A stretch of 59,120 nt of DNA, the filler included, from Nemertoderma westbladi (Eukaryota > Animalia > Xenacoelomorpha), in NCBI GenBank assembly GCA_032718475.1. It is 2 parts of 2 records of this genome, joined end to end, with 100 filler letters (N's around TTAATTAATTAA, not from the genome) between each part and the next. Parts side by side here need not be neighbours in the genome. Positions count along the whole stretch, not along the records: positions 1 to 31,178 come from JAUCBJ010004305.1; 1 more part is not named here. One strand, written 5' to 3'. Below, piece by piece: positions 1 to 11,400 of this stretch; position 1 is the stretch's first letter, and each line of letters begins with the position of its first letter. Made by a program: the position numbers and the translations under genes. Under the pieces are notes generated by a model. It saw only the letters and a program-made list of their open reading frames with translations, was not told where the DNA came from and ran no database searches.

Positions 1-589
1 CGCTAGACAACGGCCCGTCTCCATGCCGCCGAACGCGTTGCCGTTGCGTGAAGCGGAGCTGCCGGAGCCGAGCGAAGCGAGTCGTGTCTACAACGCCGAG
101 TTGGTTGGGTCGGTGGCGGTGGACCGCGCGACGGGGATGGAGACGGTGCACCGCGCGGTCGCCGCGTTGGTGACCTCGGCCCGGATCCCCGTCCGGATCG
201 AGGTCTGCCCCTCGACGCTGCGCTCGTTGGACCGACGGGATGGCTCGCTTCGCTCCGAGACTCGGGTTCGCTACGTCTCCTTTCTCGGCGTGGGTCGCGA
301 TCCCCGCAAGTTCGCGTTCATTGCGGCCAACGATCGGCACGAGTTCGTGTGCCACGTGTACCACTGCGAGCCGGATGCGGGCGAGCTAGCGCGGGCCGTT
401 GAGAACGCGTGCAAGCTGCGCTACCAGCGCTGTATGGAGGCCCACGTGAAGAGCGAACAGGCACGAAAACGCGTGGAACGGCAGGAACGCTACGGCTCCG
501 TGTGGAACTTCGATGTGCGTTCCAGCGTTCAGTCATTGCTCGGGAAACTACAGCTGAAACGCGGTCGTTTCGGCTCCTCAAAGTCCTGA
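1..589 (+). CDS. 3' portion of a second copy of the FE65/APBB-like gene (PTB2 and C-terminus), cut by the window edge
   Basis: The 188-aa ORF is identical to the last 188 aa of the 546-aa ORF at 21153-22793(-), and the frame is open to position 1. Confidence 0.8.
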   Translation, partial: ARQRPVSMPPNALPLREAELPEPSEASRVYNAELVGSVAVDRATGMETVHRAVAALVTSARIPVRIEVCPSTLRSLDRRDGSLRSETRVRYVSFLGVGRDPRKFAFIAANDRHEFVCHVYHCEPDAGELARAVENACKLRYQRCMEAHVKSEQARKRVERQERYGSVWNFDVRSSVQSLLGKLQLKRGRFGSSKS

Positions 590-637
590 ATTATTGGAGT
601 TCGTTTTAATTCAATTTGTTTGCTAATAGGAGCGAGT

Positions 638-1216
638 GAGTTGAGATTGTGAGGGGGTTGGGATTGGGTGTGAGGGGGTAGGGATTGGGTGTGAGGGAGT
701 TGAGATTGGGTGTGAGGGGGTTGGGATTGGGTGTGAGGGGGTTGGTGGGATTGGGTGTGAGGGGGTAGGGATTGGGTGTGAGGGAGTTGGGATTGGGTGT
801 GAGGGGGTTGGGATTGGGTGTGAGGGGGTGGGGATTGGGTGTGAGGGAGTTGAGATTGGGTGTGAGGGGGTAGGGATTGGGTGTGAGGGGGTTGGGATTG
901 GGTGTGAGGGAGTTGGGATTGGGTGTGAGGGGGTGGGGATTGGGTGTGAGAGGGTAGGGATTGGGTGTGAGGGGGTGGGGATTGGGTGTGGGGGGGTTGG
1001 GATTGGCTGTGAGGGGGTAGGGATTGGGTGTGAGGGGGTAGGGATTGGGTGTGAGGGGGTAGGGATTGGGTGTGAGGGGGTTGGGATTGGGTGTGAGGGA
1101 GTTGGGATTGGGTGTGAGGGAGTTGGGATTGGGTGTAAGGGGGTTGGGATTGGTTGTGAGGGGGTTGGGATTGGGTGTGAGGGGGTTGGGATTGGGTGTG
1201 AGGGAGTTGGGATTGG
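638..1216 (+). repeat. 21-bp G-rich minisatellite (GGGATTGGGTGTGAGGGGGTT)n, about 27 copies, just downstream of the FE65-like stop codon
   Basis: Visible tandem unit; it produces the spurious GIGCEGV and PHTQSQP ORFs. Confidence 0.95.
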
Positions 1217-2468
1217 TAGTTTGGGATAGTTAAAATAATTAAATCTTCTCTGCTGCTCCGATTTGGCGTTTCCTTATAAAAGTGATACATTTTATGAATG
1301 TCAAGGAAATATTTTGAACTGTATTTCCATCAATTTATTATCTATATATTCTAGTATCTACTTATTTGCTTATCTACTTAGTCAGACTGTTAGTAGATTG
1401 TTTTAGACAACCGCTTCTACATATTTATAGTCCATATTTATTTATAATGACGGATAATTTTATTTTGAAGGAGATGGTAAACATGTGTGTTTCTTAGTAA
1501 CTTAGTTAATGTTTGACGGTTTTAAATTTAGTGCAATATAATTTAAGTTTTTACTAATTTCTATTTATAGTAATCTTATAATCCAATGTAATAGATTAGG
1601 TTTTAGCTTTAGGTTAATCTTGGTCATATTTTACTGCCTCCCATAATTTATTGCACATTTAGATTTACTTAAGAGGCGTTTCTCATTAAGAAAGAGTAAA
1701 CGTAGGTTACTGTTATTATTCTAGTAGTAGCAACACTCAATACCTACTAGTTGCGTATTTTTATCTTGTGTAACAGTAACTATCCCATTTATATTTAAGT
1801 GCAGTCACTATATTCTAACGTTGTTGCTCGACACTTTTAATGATTAAAGCCGCCGAGACGTTGTACCGGGTTGGGATGAAAATTAAAGTAAACTAGGTGA
1901 GTAGATGTTGTGGAGCCACAGACAGTATTGGTGTGTCTCAATACCAGTAATACCGGTACAAATAGTACCGTATCATAGTCTGATGATAACTAATGAATGT
2001 TCAGACTCGGTTTGTAGAGGTTCTGCGTTATTGTAGTCAGTGTGTTTCTTCTTGTTGATTATCTTTATATTTATATTAGTCACCGTCACCGGTACTAATA
2101 AATAGTAATCCACTTTACTCATTTATTTTATTATTAACTTTTTATTATATTGTTGGGCTAATCACACAGAACATTCGGTTTAATGACATTAAGTACTTTA
2201 TGGTGACTCGGCGAATTGTACGTCTTGGGAACAATGTTGTATTAATTAGTTTGGTTTACCTCCTCTCCTAATACCGATAGGATATCAGTTCAAATACAAT
2301 TCATTATTTACCTTTATTGTATATTTTGAACAACTAATTAATAATTATACAGTATTAGGTCATAACTGTCAATCAAACATTGTCTCCGTGTGTACGACGC
2401 CCGAGATATGTCACCCCGCTTGTATTATTAGAAGTAGTTGGTAAATTGGTTTATATCTTAGACTGGCA

Positions 2469-2590
2469 ATCTGTTACAACGGTATCTGTTACAACGGTAT
2501 CTGTTACAACGGTATCTGTTACAACGGTATCTGTTACAACGGTATCTGTTACAACGGTATCTGTTACAACGGTATCTGTTACAACGGTAT
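2469..2590. repeat. 15-bp tandem repeat (ATCTGTTACAACGGT) x8
   Basis: Perfect tandem copies; the mirror copy is at 19152-19273. Confidence 0.95.
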
Positions 2591-3269
2591 GCGTTAGCTA
2601 TGCAATCTGTAAAGTTTTATATTTCTAAAATCCTGCATTGCATGCAGATAGTATTATTATTGCAGCACTATACACCCTAATCATTGAATCTTTGTCTGAA
2701 ATCCCAGTGGCACATCATGGATTGATATTTTAGTTTCATTTAACATTTTACAATAGTAAATAACATAGATTGTAATAGGAAACTTTAATGAGAGTTATTT
2801 TATATGACCAGCAATAAATGTTGTATTTGATACGCCTGTCGGTGCAGATTATAGAATTAGTATAAAAGTAGAGCTCCTTTATACGTTATTAGATTTATAT
2901 TATATTTATTTTATTTCATTTTATCTAGCTTTATTTCCTTGTTCAGTCTGACGCCATCGGTTTAAACCACTCACTCACTTTTCATTAATTTAAATAATTT
3001 ATTTTCCTGGTTCTTTTTCACATTTTTAGTTTACTTATTTTTTATATTTTTAACATTTAATACGAACTTTTAAACTGAAACGTTTATACGTTCCTGATGT
3101 TAAATCTAATCTTATTAATCTAAATTTATTTTTGCTCTGAAATTTTGTTCCAGTTTTATTTTAATTGAAATCTATCTGAACTGATCAATACACTGAGTGC
3201 TAAAGGAGCTAGACAGCTAGATATGACAATCAGTTTCAACATCAGCCATTAATAGTATCTTGCCTAACA

Positions 3270-4476
3270 CTGCCGTCTTAAGGCAGAATGCCCTATATCA
3301 ACATTTTTGAAATTCTTTGGCAAATAATTCCAAGAAATATAATTTGTTTTTGTAATTAGTTAGTTAAAGTGTGATGGTGAACTGAACGTAAATAATGAAG
3401 GACTGCACTAGAAGGCAAAGTAGACTGAGTTTGATTTTGGCGGACTAGGTTTTGGTAAACTGGTCACATGGTTATACAGTAGCTAGCTAGAATATTTCTA
3501 AGAATTTTACGGACAAATTTGTAACTATAATCGATTGCCCATATAGTTTAGTTTGAGTACTTTATATTCATGGAATGGTAACCATGATGACGTTACCAGG
3601 CAACCAATTATACAGAAATTATCAGCTGTTTATCTCATGTTTTTGAATTATAGTTTACATTATTTACCAAAACCCAACCCTTAACTACAAAATTCCAAGT
3701 ATAATTTCCACCCTGCAGTATTATTATTTGAAGATATTAAACTATTTGATACCAACTCTTGATAGACAAAACACCCTATATAAACGTTCAGTTTCATTTG
3801 TCGCCAACATTTTCGAGGCAAAACACCCTATAAAATCTTTTAAGCATTTTTTAAGCTCCCAAATTACAAAAGTTGTGTATCTCGCATTTGAAATTCTAAG
3901 TTAGTATATTTGGGTGACTTGCAGTTCAAATTCTGGTATCCAGGCAGCAGTATAACAAACTTGTAGAAGAAAACGCGTTTCGTTTAATTACTCAAAACAC
4001 GATTTTTGGAGATAGGGTATTTCGTGACCAAAGAGCCAGAACAACACTCACCAAAAAATGTGATTTTGAGAAAAATTCAAAAACCCTTCTCATTTCCCTC
4101 TATATGGATCCCGTCTCCTAATTTTTCCGACAGAGGTCGGGGAAGATACAATGATACATTTTATAATACTGGCTAGCATTCAAAATGAATTTTGTTAATG
4201 AAAAATACTGTTTTTTTCGTTATTATCCAAAGAGGCAAAACAACACATACTGAAATTTAACATTAACTCTAGTCTGTGTGTGTTGTTTTACCTCTAACGG
4301 TTTTCAACTTTTATGTTGTGAGGGTTGTTCTGGTTTTCCATATCTCCTAAACGGACTGACATACAAGTCTAGGATTTTAACATTAGATGTAGAACGCCAT
4401 CTTGAGTATTTTTGGTAAAAAATTTTTTTTAAAAAAAAACTGGCTCTATGGTCACGATTTTGCTTTAAGACGGCAG
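3270..4476. mobile_element. Possible MITE or non-autonomous DNA transposon (mirror 17266-18472)
   Basis: Imperfect ~20-bp inverted termini: CTGCCGTCTTAAGGCAGAAT at 3270 versus the reverse complement CTGCCGTCTTAAAGCAAAAT ending at 4476. There is no clean TSD (TAACA/AAACA). Confidence 0.4.
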
Positions 4477-5240
4477 AAACAGACCCACGGCTTATTTCAG
4501 TCTTTATTTTTTTTTTTCCAGGTAGTTGTTTTAGTTCCATTATTACAATTAATCCCCAAATAATTGGGTTGTAATTATTGAAGTTTTGTTTCAAAATTAA
4601 AATACAATTTAAATTAAAATGGTACTTGTTTGTTGTGTTGTACTTGTTGCAAAGTAGTTTACAGTCTCACTTTACAATCACGATGTAAAAATATAGTTTT
4701 ATTATTTCGTAGAGATATAGATAAATTTATCGTTGCTACTATTATTACTTACATATTGTGCAGTATAAATTAGTAACGATGGTTACTGCTGCTACTGTTA
4801 ATTGTTATGCGTGCGTATTTTAATTTTCAATAAAGTATATCATTTATTATAACAGTAATTATACGTCAATCATTTTATTTCCATGACAATGTACTAACTT
4901 AAGGGTACATTGTACCTCGGGCTCATTTCCTTAATAAACGTAAGTCGCACAGAGGTACACTTTATGGATGAACCGCTTAATGGAATTTTATAAAATTTGT
5001 AACTCAGATAGACGATAGACCGCGTATCCGGACAAATATAGAAACAAAAAAAAATCGAAAAAATTATTTCCGCCAAAAATAATACCATTCTTTGAAAATT
5101 ATGAATCATCAAAAAAAAACATCAAGCTGACAAATGATATGAAATGTTAGAGGTTCCACGGGTAGACAGACGGGCATAGTGCTGATAATCGGTCATAGGT
5201 TCTTCCACGGGTAGACAGACGGCATTAGTGCTGAGAATCG

Positions 5241-7488
5241 CACTGAATAGAACGCTCTCTGAATAGAACACTCACTGAATAGAACGCTCGTTAAATAGAA
5301 CACTCCTGAATATAACACTCACTTAATAGAACACTCACTGAATAGAACACTCTCTGACTAGAACACTCACTTAATAGAACACTCCTGAATATAACACTCA
5401 CTTAATAGAACACTCACTAAATAGAACACTCCTGAATAGAACACTCACTGAATAGAACACTCATAGAATAGAACGCTCACTGAATATAACTCTCACTGAA
5501 TAGAACACTCTCTGAATAGTACGCTCACTGAATAGAACGTTCACTGAATAGAACGCTCACTGAATAAAACACTCACTGAATATAACGCTCACTGAATAGA
5601 ATACTCACTGCATATAACACTCACTTAATAGAACACTCACTGACTATAACACTCACTTAATAGAACACTCTCTGTCTAGAACGCTCTCTGAATAGAGCGC
5701 TCACTGAATAGAAAGCTTACTGAATATAACACTCACTGAATAGAACACTCACTGAATAGAACGCTCACTAAATAGAACGCTCTCTGAATAGAACACTCAC
5801 TGCATAGAACGCTCACTGAATAGAACGCTCACTGAATAGAACACTCACTGCATAGAACGCTCAATGAATAGAACGCTCACTGAATAGAACGCTCACTGAA
5901 TAGAACGCTAACTGAATAGAACGCCCACTTAATCGAGCACTCACTGAATATAACGCTCACTGAATAGAACGCTCACTGACTGGAACACTCAGTTAATAGA
6001 ACACTCACTGTTTAGAAAGTTCACTTAATAGAACACTCACTAACTAGAACCCTCTCTTAATAGATCGCTCACTGAATAGAACGCTCACTGAATAGAATAC
6101 TCACTGAATATAACACTCACTGAATAGAACACTCACTGACTAGAACACTCACTTAATAGAACACTCACTTAATAGAACACTCACTGACTAGAACGCTCTC
6201 TGAATAGAACGCTCACTGAATAGAACGCTCACTGAATACAACACTCACTGAATATAACACTCACTTAATAGAACACTCTCTGAATAGAACGCTCACTAAA
6301 TAGAACGCTCACTGAATAGAACGCTCACTAAATAGAACACTCACTGAATAGATCGCTCACTGAATAGAACGCTCACTGAATAGAACGCTCACTGAATAGA
6401 ACGCCCACTGAATGGAATGCTCATTGAATAGAACGCTCACTGAATAGAACACTCACTGCATAGAACGCTCACTGAATAGAACACTCACTGAAAAGAACGT
6501 TCACTTAATAGAACGCTCACTGAATAGAACGCCCACTTAATCGAACACTCTCTGAATAGAACACTCACTGAATAGAACGCTCACTGAATAGAACGCCCAC
6601 TGAATAGAACGCTCACTGAATAGAACGCTCACTGAATAGAACACTCACTGAATAGATCGCTCAATGAATAGAACGCTCACTGAATAGAACGCTCACTGAA
6701 TATAACGCTCATTGAATAGAACGCTCACTGAATAGAACACTCACTGAATAGAACGCTCACTGAATAGAACGCTCACTGAATAGAACGCCCAATTAATCGA
6801 ACACTCACTGAATAGAAAACGCACTTAATAGAACAATCACTGACAAGAACAGTCACTGAATAGAACACTCACTGAATAAAACGCTCACTAAAAAGCTCAC
6901 TTAATTGAACGCTTACTGAATATAACACTCATTGAATAGAACACTCATAGAATAGAACGGTCATTGAATAGAACACGAACTGAATAGAACGCTCACTGAA
7001 TAGAATATAACACTCACTTAATAGCACACTCACTGACTAGAACGCTCACTGAATATAACACTCATTGAATGAATATAATTATCATAGAATAGAACGATCT
7101 TTGAATATAACACTCACTGAATAGAACACTCACTTAATAGAACACTCACTGTCTAGTAAACTCACTGTCTAGAAAACTCACTTAATAGAACACTCACTAA
7201 CTAGAACCCTCGCTTAATAGAACGCTCACTGAATAGAACGCTCACTGAATAGATTACTCACTGAATATAACACTCACTGAATAGAACACTCACTGACTAG
7301 AACACTCACTGAATAGAACGCTACTGAATATGACACTCACTGAATAGAACACTCACTGACTAGAACACTTACTTAATAGAACACTTACTTAATAGAACAC
7401 TTACTCACTAAAACGCTCTCTGAATAGAACGCTCACTGAATAGAACGCTCACTGAATACAACACTCACTGAATATAACACTCACTTAA
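5241..7488 (+). repeat. 16-bp satellite (CACTGAATAGAACRCT)n, about 140 copies
   Basis: Continuous degenerate tandem array, preceded by a short ~58-bp-period direct repeat at about 5153-5240. Confidence 0.97.
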
Positions 7489-8300
7489 TTAGGAACCGAG
7501 AGGTTCATTACTGTAATGTAACTATCTAAATCTTATTGTAGATACATTGTTTATTAAAAACATTTTTTTTGTCTTTTTGGGTACCGGTACCCGGTACTTT
7601 TTTTGGGTCATATTGCATGCAGTATTGTGTTTTTTTTTGTGTATTTTTGTTTTGTTGTGTGTATCAGTCAGTACTGGTAACTGGCTGACTGGCATTGGCA
7701 GATTGGCGCCTGGCACCTGGAGCAGTGGAGTGGCAGCCTGGCAGTCCCGTCTGAGTTAATGGCAGAATGGAGGAAGGCAGTCTGCTGTCTACAGGTCTGG
7801 CATCTGGCGAACCGACCGCTGGACCGTACACGTACTGACTGACTGACTGACTGACGTAGGCCTGTCTGCCTGTAGCGCTGTAGGCCTACAGCCGTACTGC
7901 AACTGCAGTACTGGCCGTATGCTGTACAGCATACTGTAATTAATACATAATACTGTACAGACAGACAGAGCTGCCAGGGCAGTAGGCTGTATATACTCCT
8001 GACTGCCTGATATCTGTGCTGCTGTCTGGCTGTGCTGCACCGGTACTGACCAAGCTGCTAGCCGACTGCAGACTGGTATGTGATATGGTAGGCATACTGA
8101 TGTTCTATGTTCTAGCAACTGCAACTGCTGAACTGGCTGTGGAATCAATATAATCCAGTAATCATGTACTGTAATACTGTAATAGCTGTATTTTCTGATT
8201 GTCATAGTCTGATAGTGTAGTGTAGAGGCTAATTTCTGTAGAGGCTTAATGAATTCAGTTAGGGCCATTGGCCATTCATCAGTTCAGTTCAGATATCAGA
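7489..8300 (+). mobile_element. Degenerate Helentron-type (HINE-like) element 5' end, type-B terminus; right boundary uncertain
   Basis: Starts TTAGGAACCGAGAGGTTCATTACTGTAA, identical to the 5' termini at 9459(-) and 13154(-). It has a (CTGA)n tract at about 7835-7855. Confidence 0.5.
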
Positions 8301-8439
8301 TACACTCATTAACCTACAGACCTATGTAATAAATATTTGCATTGGATTTCGACAGAAGAGCTATCAGCTGGCTACACTAACTGACTAATTTATATTACAA
8401 ACACACAGTTAGTGAGAGAGTAATACAGTAGTAAAACTA

Positions 8440-11400
8440 ATAACTGATCTACAGTATGAATATTGCAATATTGCCTTCCTAAAGCCAACAGTAAACATAC
8501 AGTCTCCACAGTATTAATGTTGGCATTAATGTACCCAACACACTGTGTACCTAACAGTCATTCAGCTTGTGTTAGCCTTACATGGTATCAGTATGAAGCT
8601 GAGTAAACATTCGCCTTATAAGCATACAACCTCCAAAGTATTAATGTTGGACGAAAGATTTAAAAATAAAATAGAGTGCAGTAGTACTCTGTAACTAAGA
8701 GTCATTCAGCTTGCACTAAATGTCAACCAACTACTGTATAAAACATTTTGAATGCCACAGTGATTATTAACCCAATACAGATAATAAGAAGTGATTTTAC
8801 TTTACTTTACTTTACTATTTTTATATTTCAAACTATAATGTTAGTCTTAGCCTTACAGAGTATCAGTATAAGGCTGAGTAAACATTCCACCTTATAAGCA
8901 TACAGCCTCCACAGTATTAATGTTGGCATTAATGTAGCCGATACACTGTATACCTAATAGTCATTCAGCAGGGGGAAGAGTTATTCAGCTGAGGCGGTAA
9001 TAGATTGCAAACTAAACCAACCAGTTGGCAGCCTCATCGATTTATACTAAGCCTGTGTAGAACCACAAACTAAATCAACCAGTTAATATTTGCTTTGACA
9101 GAGAGTGCAGGGCCTAAACAAACAGTATGGGTGTACTAAGTACAATAATCTTGGCAACCTCATCGATTTATACTAAGCCTTGTGTAGAAATGCATTACAT
9201 AAGCCATTTTTCATGAGGACACCAGCTGTCATGGGTGTTATTTTACCATTGCGCCTATGGCGTTTTTTCGTTTATCTCTATTTTTCGAGCCCAGAGGCCA
9301 TGGACGGAGTAGCCGATCATGCCAGGGACCTTAGAATCGCGGTATCTAGATGCTGTGAAAATTTCATCAAAATCGTTAGAGTAGTTTTGGCTGTAGATTA
9401 GCCAGTCAGCCAGCCAGTCAGCTAACAATTCTTACAGTAATGAACCTCTCGGTTCCTAACTAGAGACGGCGTCAAGACGCCGTTAAGCAAGTCGGAAGTC
9501 ATCAATCAAATATAAATTCCCTCAACAATGTTTACCTATGCTCAGAATGGAAGGGCTATTTACCTATGGTCAGAGAGAGATCCCACTCTGTAATTTGGCA
9601 ATTGCTCAAATTCATTCAGTTGAATGGCACAGTAGAGTGAACTAAACTAAATTCCCTCAACAATGTTTGGCTATGGTCTGAAAGAACTAACAGTCATTCA
9701 GCTTGCACAATGTCAATCACCTACAGTATAAAACATTTAGAATGCCACAGTGTGTATCCTGATACAGATAATAAGCAGTGATATATATATTTCAAACTAT
9801 AATGTTAGTGTTAGCCTTACACAGTATCAGTATGAGGCTGAGTAAACATTCCACCTTATAAGCATACTGCCTCCACAGAATTAATGTTGGCCGAAAGATT
9901 TAAAAATAAAACAATTATTATTATAAATACAGTGCAATCCAATAGTACCCAACACACTGTGTAACTAACAGTCAATCAGCTTACACGTCAATTAACATAG
10001 AAGAGAGAGTAACCTTGTAGATCGCCATAGAAAGCATTGGGAAGAGTTATTCAGCTGAGGCTGTAATAGCCGGCTAACCCAGTGAATGATTATAAAGTTG
10101 GCACTGTATGTACTTCCTTGTTAGGTGGCTCCCTATAGAATAGCAAACCAACCAGTTGATGTTTGTTTGCAGAGAGTGGTTGGTAGGGCCTAAACAAACA
10201 GTATGGGTGTACTAAGTACAATAATCTTGGCAACCTCATCGATTTATTACTAAGCCTTGTGTAGAAATGCATTAGATAAGCCATTTTTCATCAGGACACC
10301 AGCTGTCATTGGTGTTATTTTACCATTGCGCCTATGGCGTTTTTTTCGTTTATCTCTTTTTTTCGAACACAGAGGCTATGGACGGAGTAGCCGATCATGC
10401 CAGGGACCTTAGAATCGCGGTATCTAGATGCTGTGAAAATTTCATCAAAATCGTTAGAGTAGTTTTGGCTGTAGGTCAGTCAGTCAGTCAGTCAGTCAGT
10501 CAGTCAATCAGTCAGCCACGAGCAATTCTTACAGTAATCAAGTCTAACGACTTGCTAACTAGAGACGGCGTCAAGACGCCGTTAAGCAAGTCGGAAGTCA
10601 TCAATCAAATATAAATTCCCTCAACAATGTTTACCTATGGTCAGAATGGAAGGGCTATTTACCTATGGTCAGAGAGAGATCCCACTCTGTAATTTGGCAA
10701 AATTGCTCAAATTCATTCAGTTGAATGGCACAGTAGAGTGAACTAAACTAAATTCCCTCAACAATGTTTGGCTATGGTCTGAAAGAACTAACAGTCATTC
10801 AGCTTGCACAATGTCAATCACCTACAGTATAAAACATTTAGAATGCCAGTGTGTATCCTGATACAGATAATAAGCAGTGATATATATATTTCAAACTATA
10901 ATGTTAGTGTTAGCCTTACACAGTATCAGTATGAGGCTGAGTAAACATTCCACCTTATAAGCATACTGCCTCCACAGAATTAATGTTGGCCGAAAGATTT
11001 AAAAATAAAACAATTATTATTATAAATACAGTGCAATCCAATAGTACCCAACACACTGTGTAACTAACAGTCAATCAGCTTACACGTCAATTAACATAGA
11101 AGAGAGAGTAACCTTGTAGATCGCCATAGAAAGCATTGGGAAGAGTTATTCAGCTGAGGCTGTAATAGCCGGCTAACCCAGTGAATGATTATAAAGTTGG
11201 CACTGTATGTACTTCCTTGTTAGGTGGCTCCCTATAGAATAGCAAACCAACCAGTTGATGTTTGTTTGCAGAGAGTGGTTGGTAGGGCCTAAACAAACAG
11301 TATGGGTGTACTAAGTACAATAATCTTGGCAACCTCATCGATTTATACTAAGCCTTGTGTAGAAATGCATTACATAAGCCATTTTTCATCAGGACACCAG

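Larger units (their letters stand above)
1..7492 (+). repeat. Left arm of a large inverted duplication (partner 14250-21741)
   Basis: Position x mirrors 21742-x. All ORFs have identical mirror copies (23..589 within 21153..22793, 529..1290/20452..21213, 4304..4594/17148..17438). The inner end is CACTTAATTAG at 7482-7492, matching CTAATTAAGTG at 14250-14260. Confidence 0.97.

Noticed and set aside
529-1290. 253-aa PHTQSQP-repeat and 133-aa GIGCEGV-repeat ORFs (and their mirrors)
   Set aside because: They are by-products of a stop-free 21-bp minisatellite overlapping the FE65-like 3' end.
5241-7488. CRISPR-like appearance of regular short repeats (also 23960-30160 and the LTR modules)
   Set aside because: There are no unique spacers and no cas genes, and the context is eukaryotic; these are tandem satellites.
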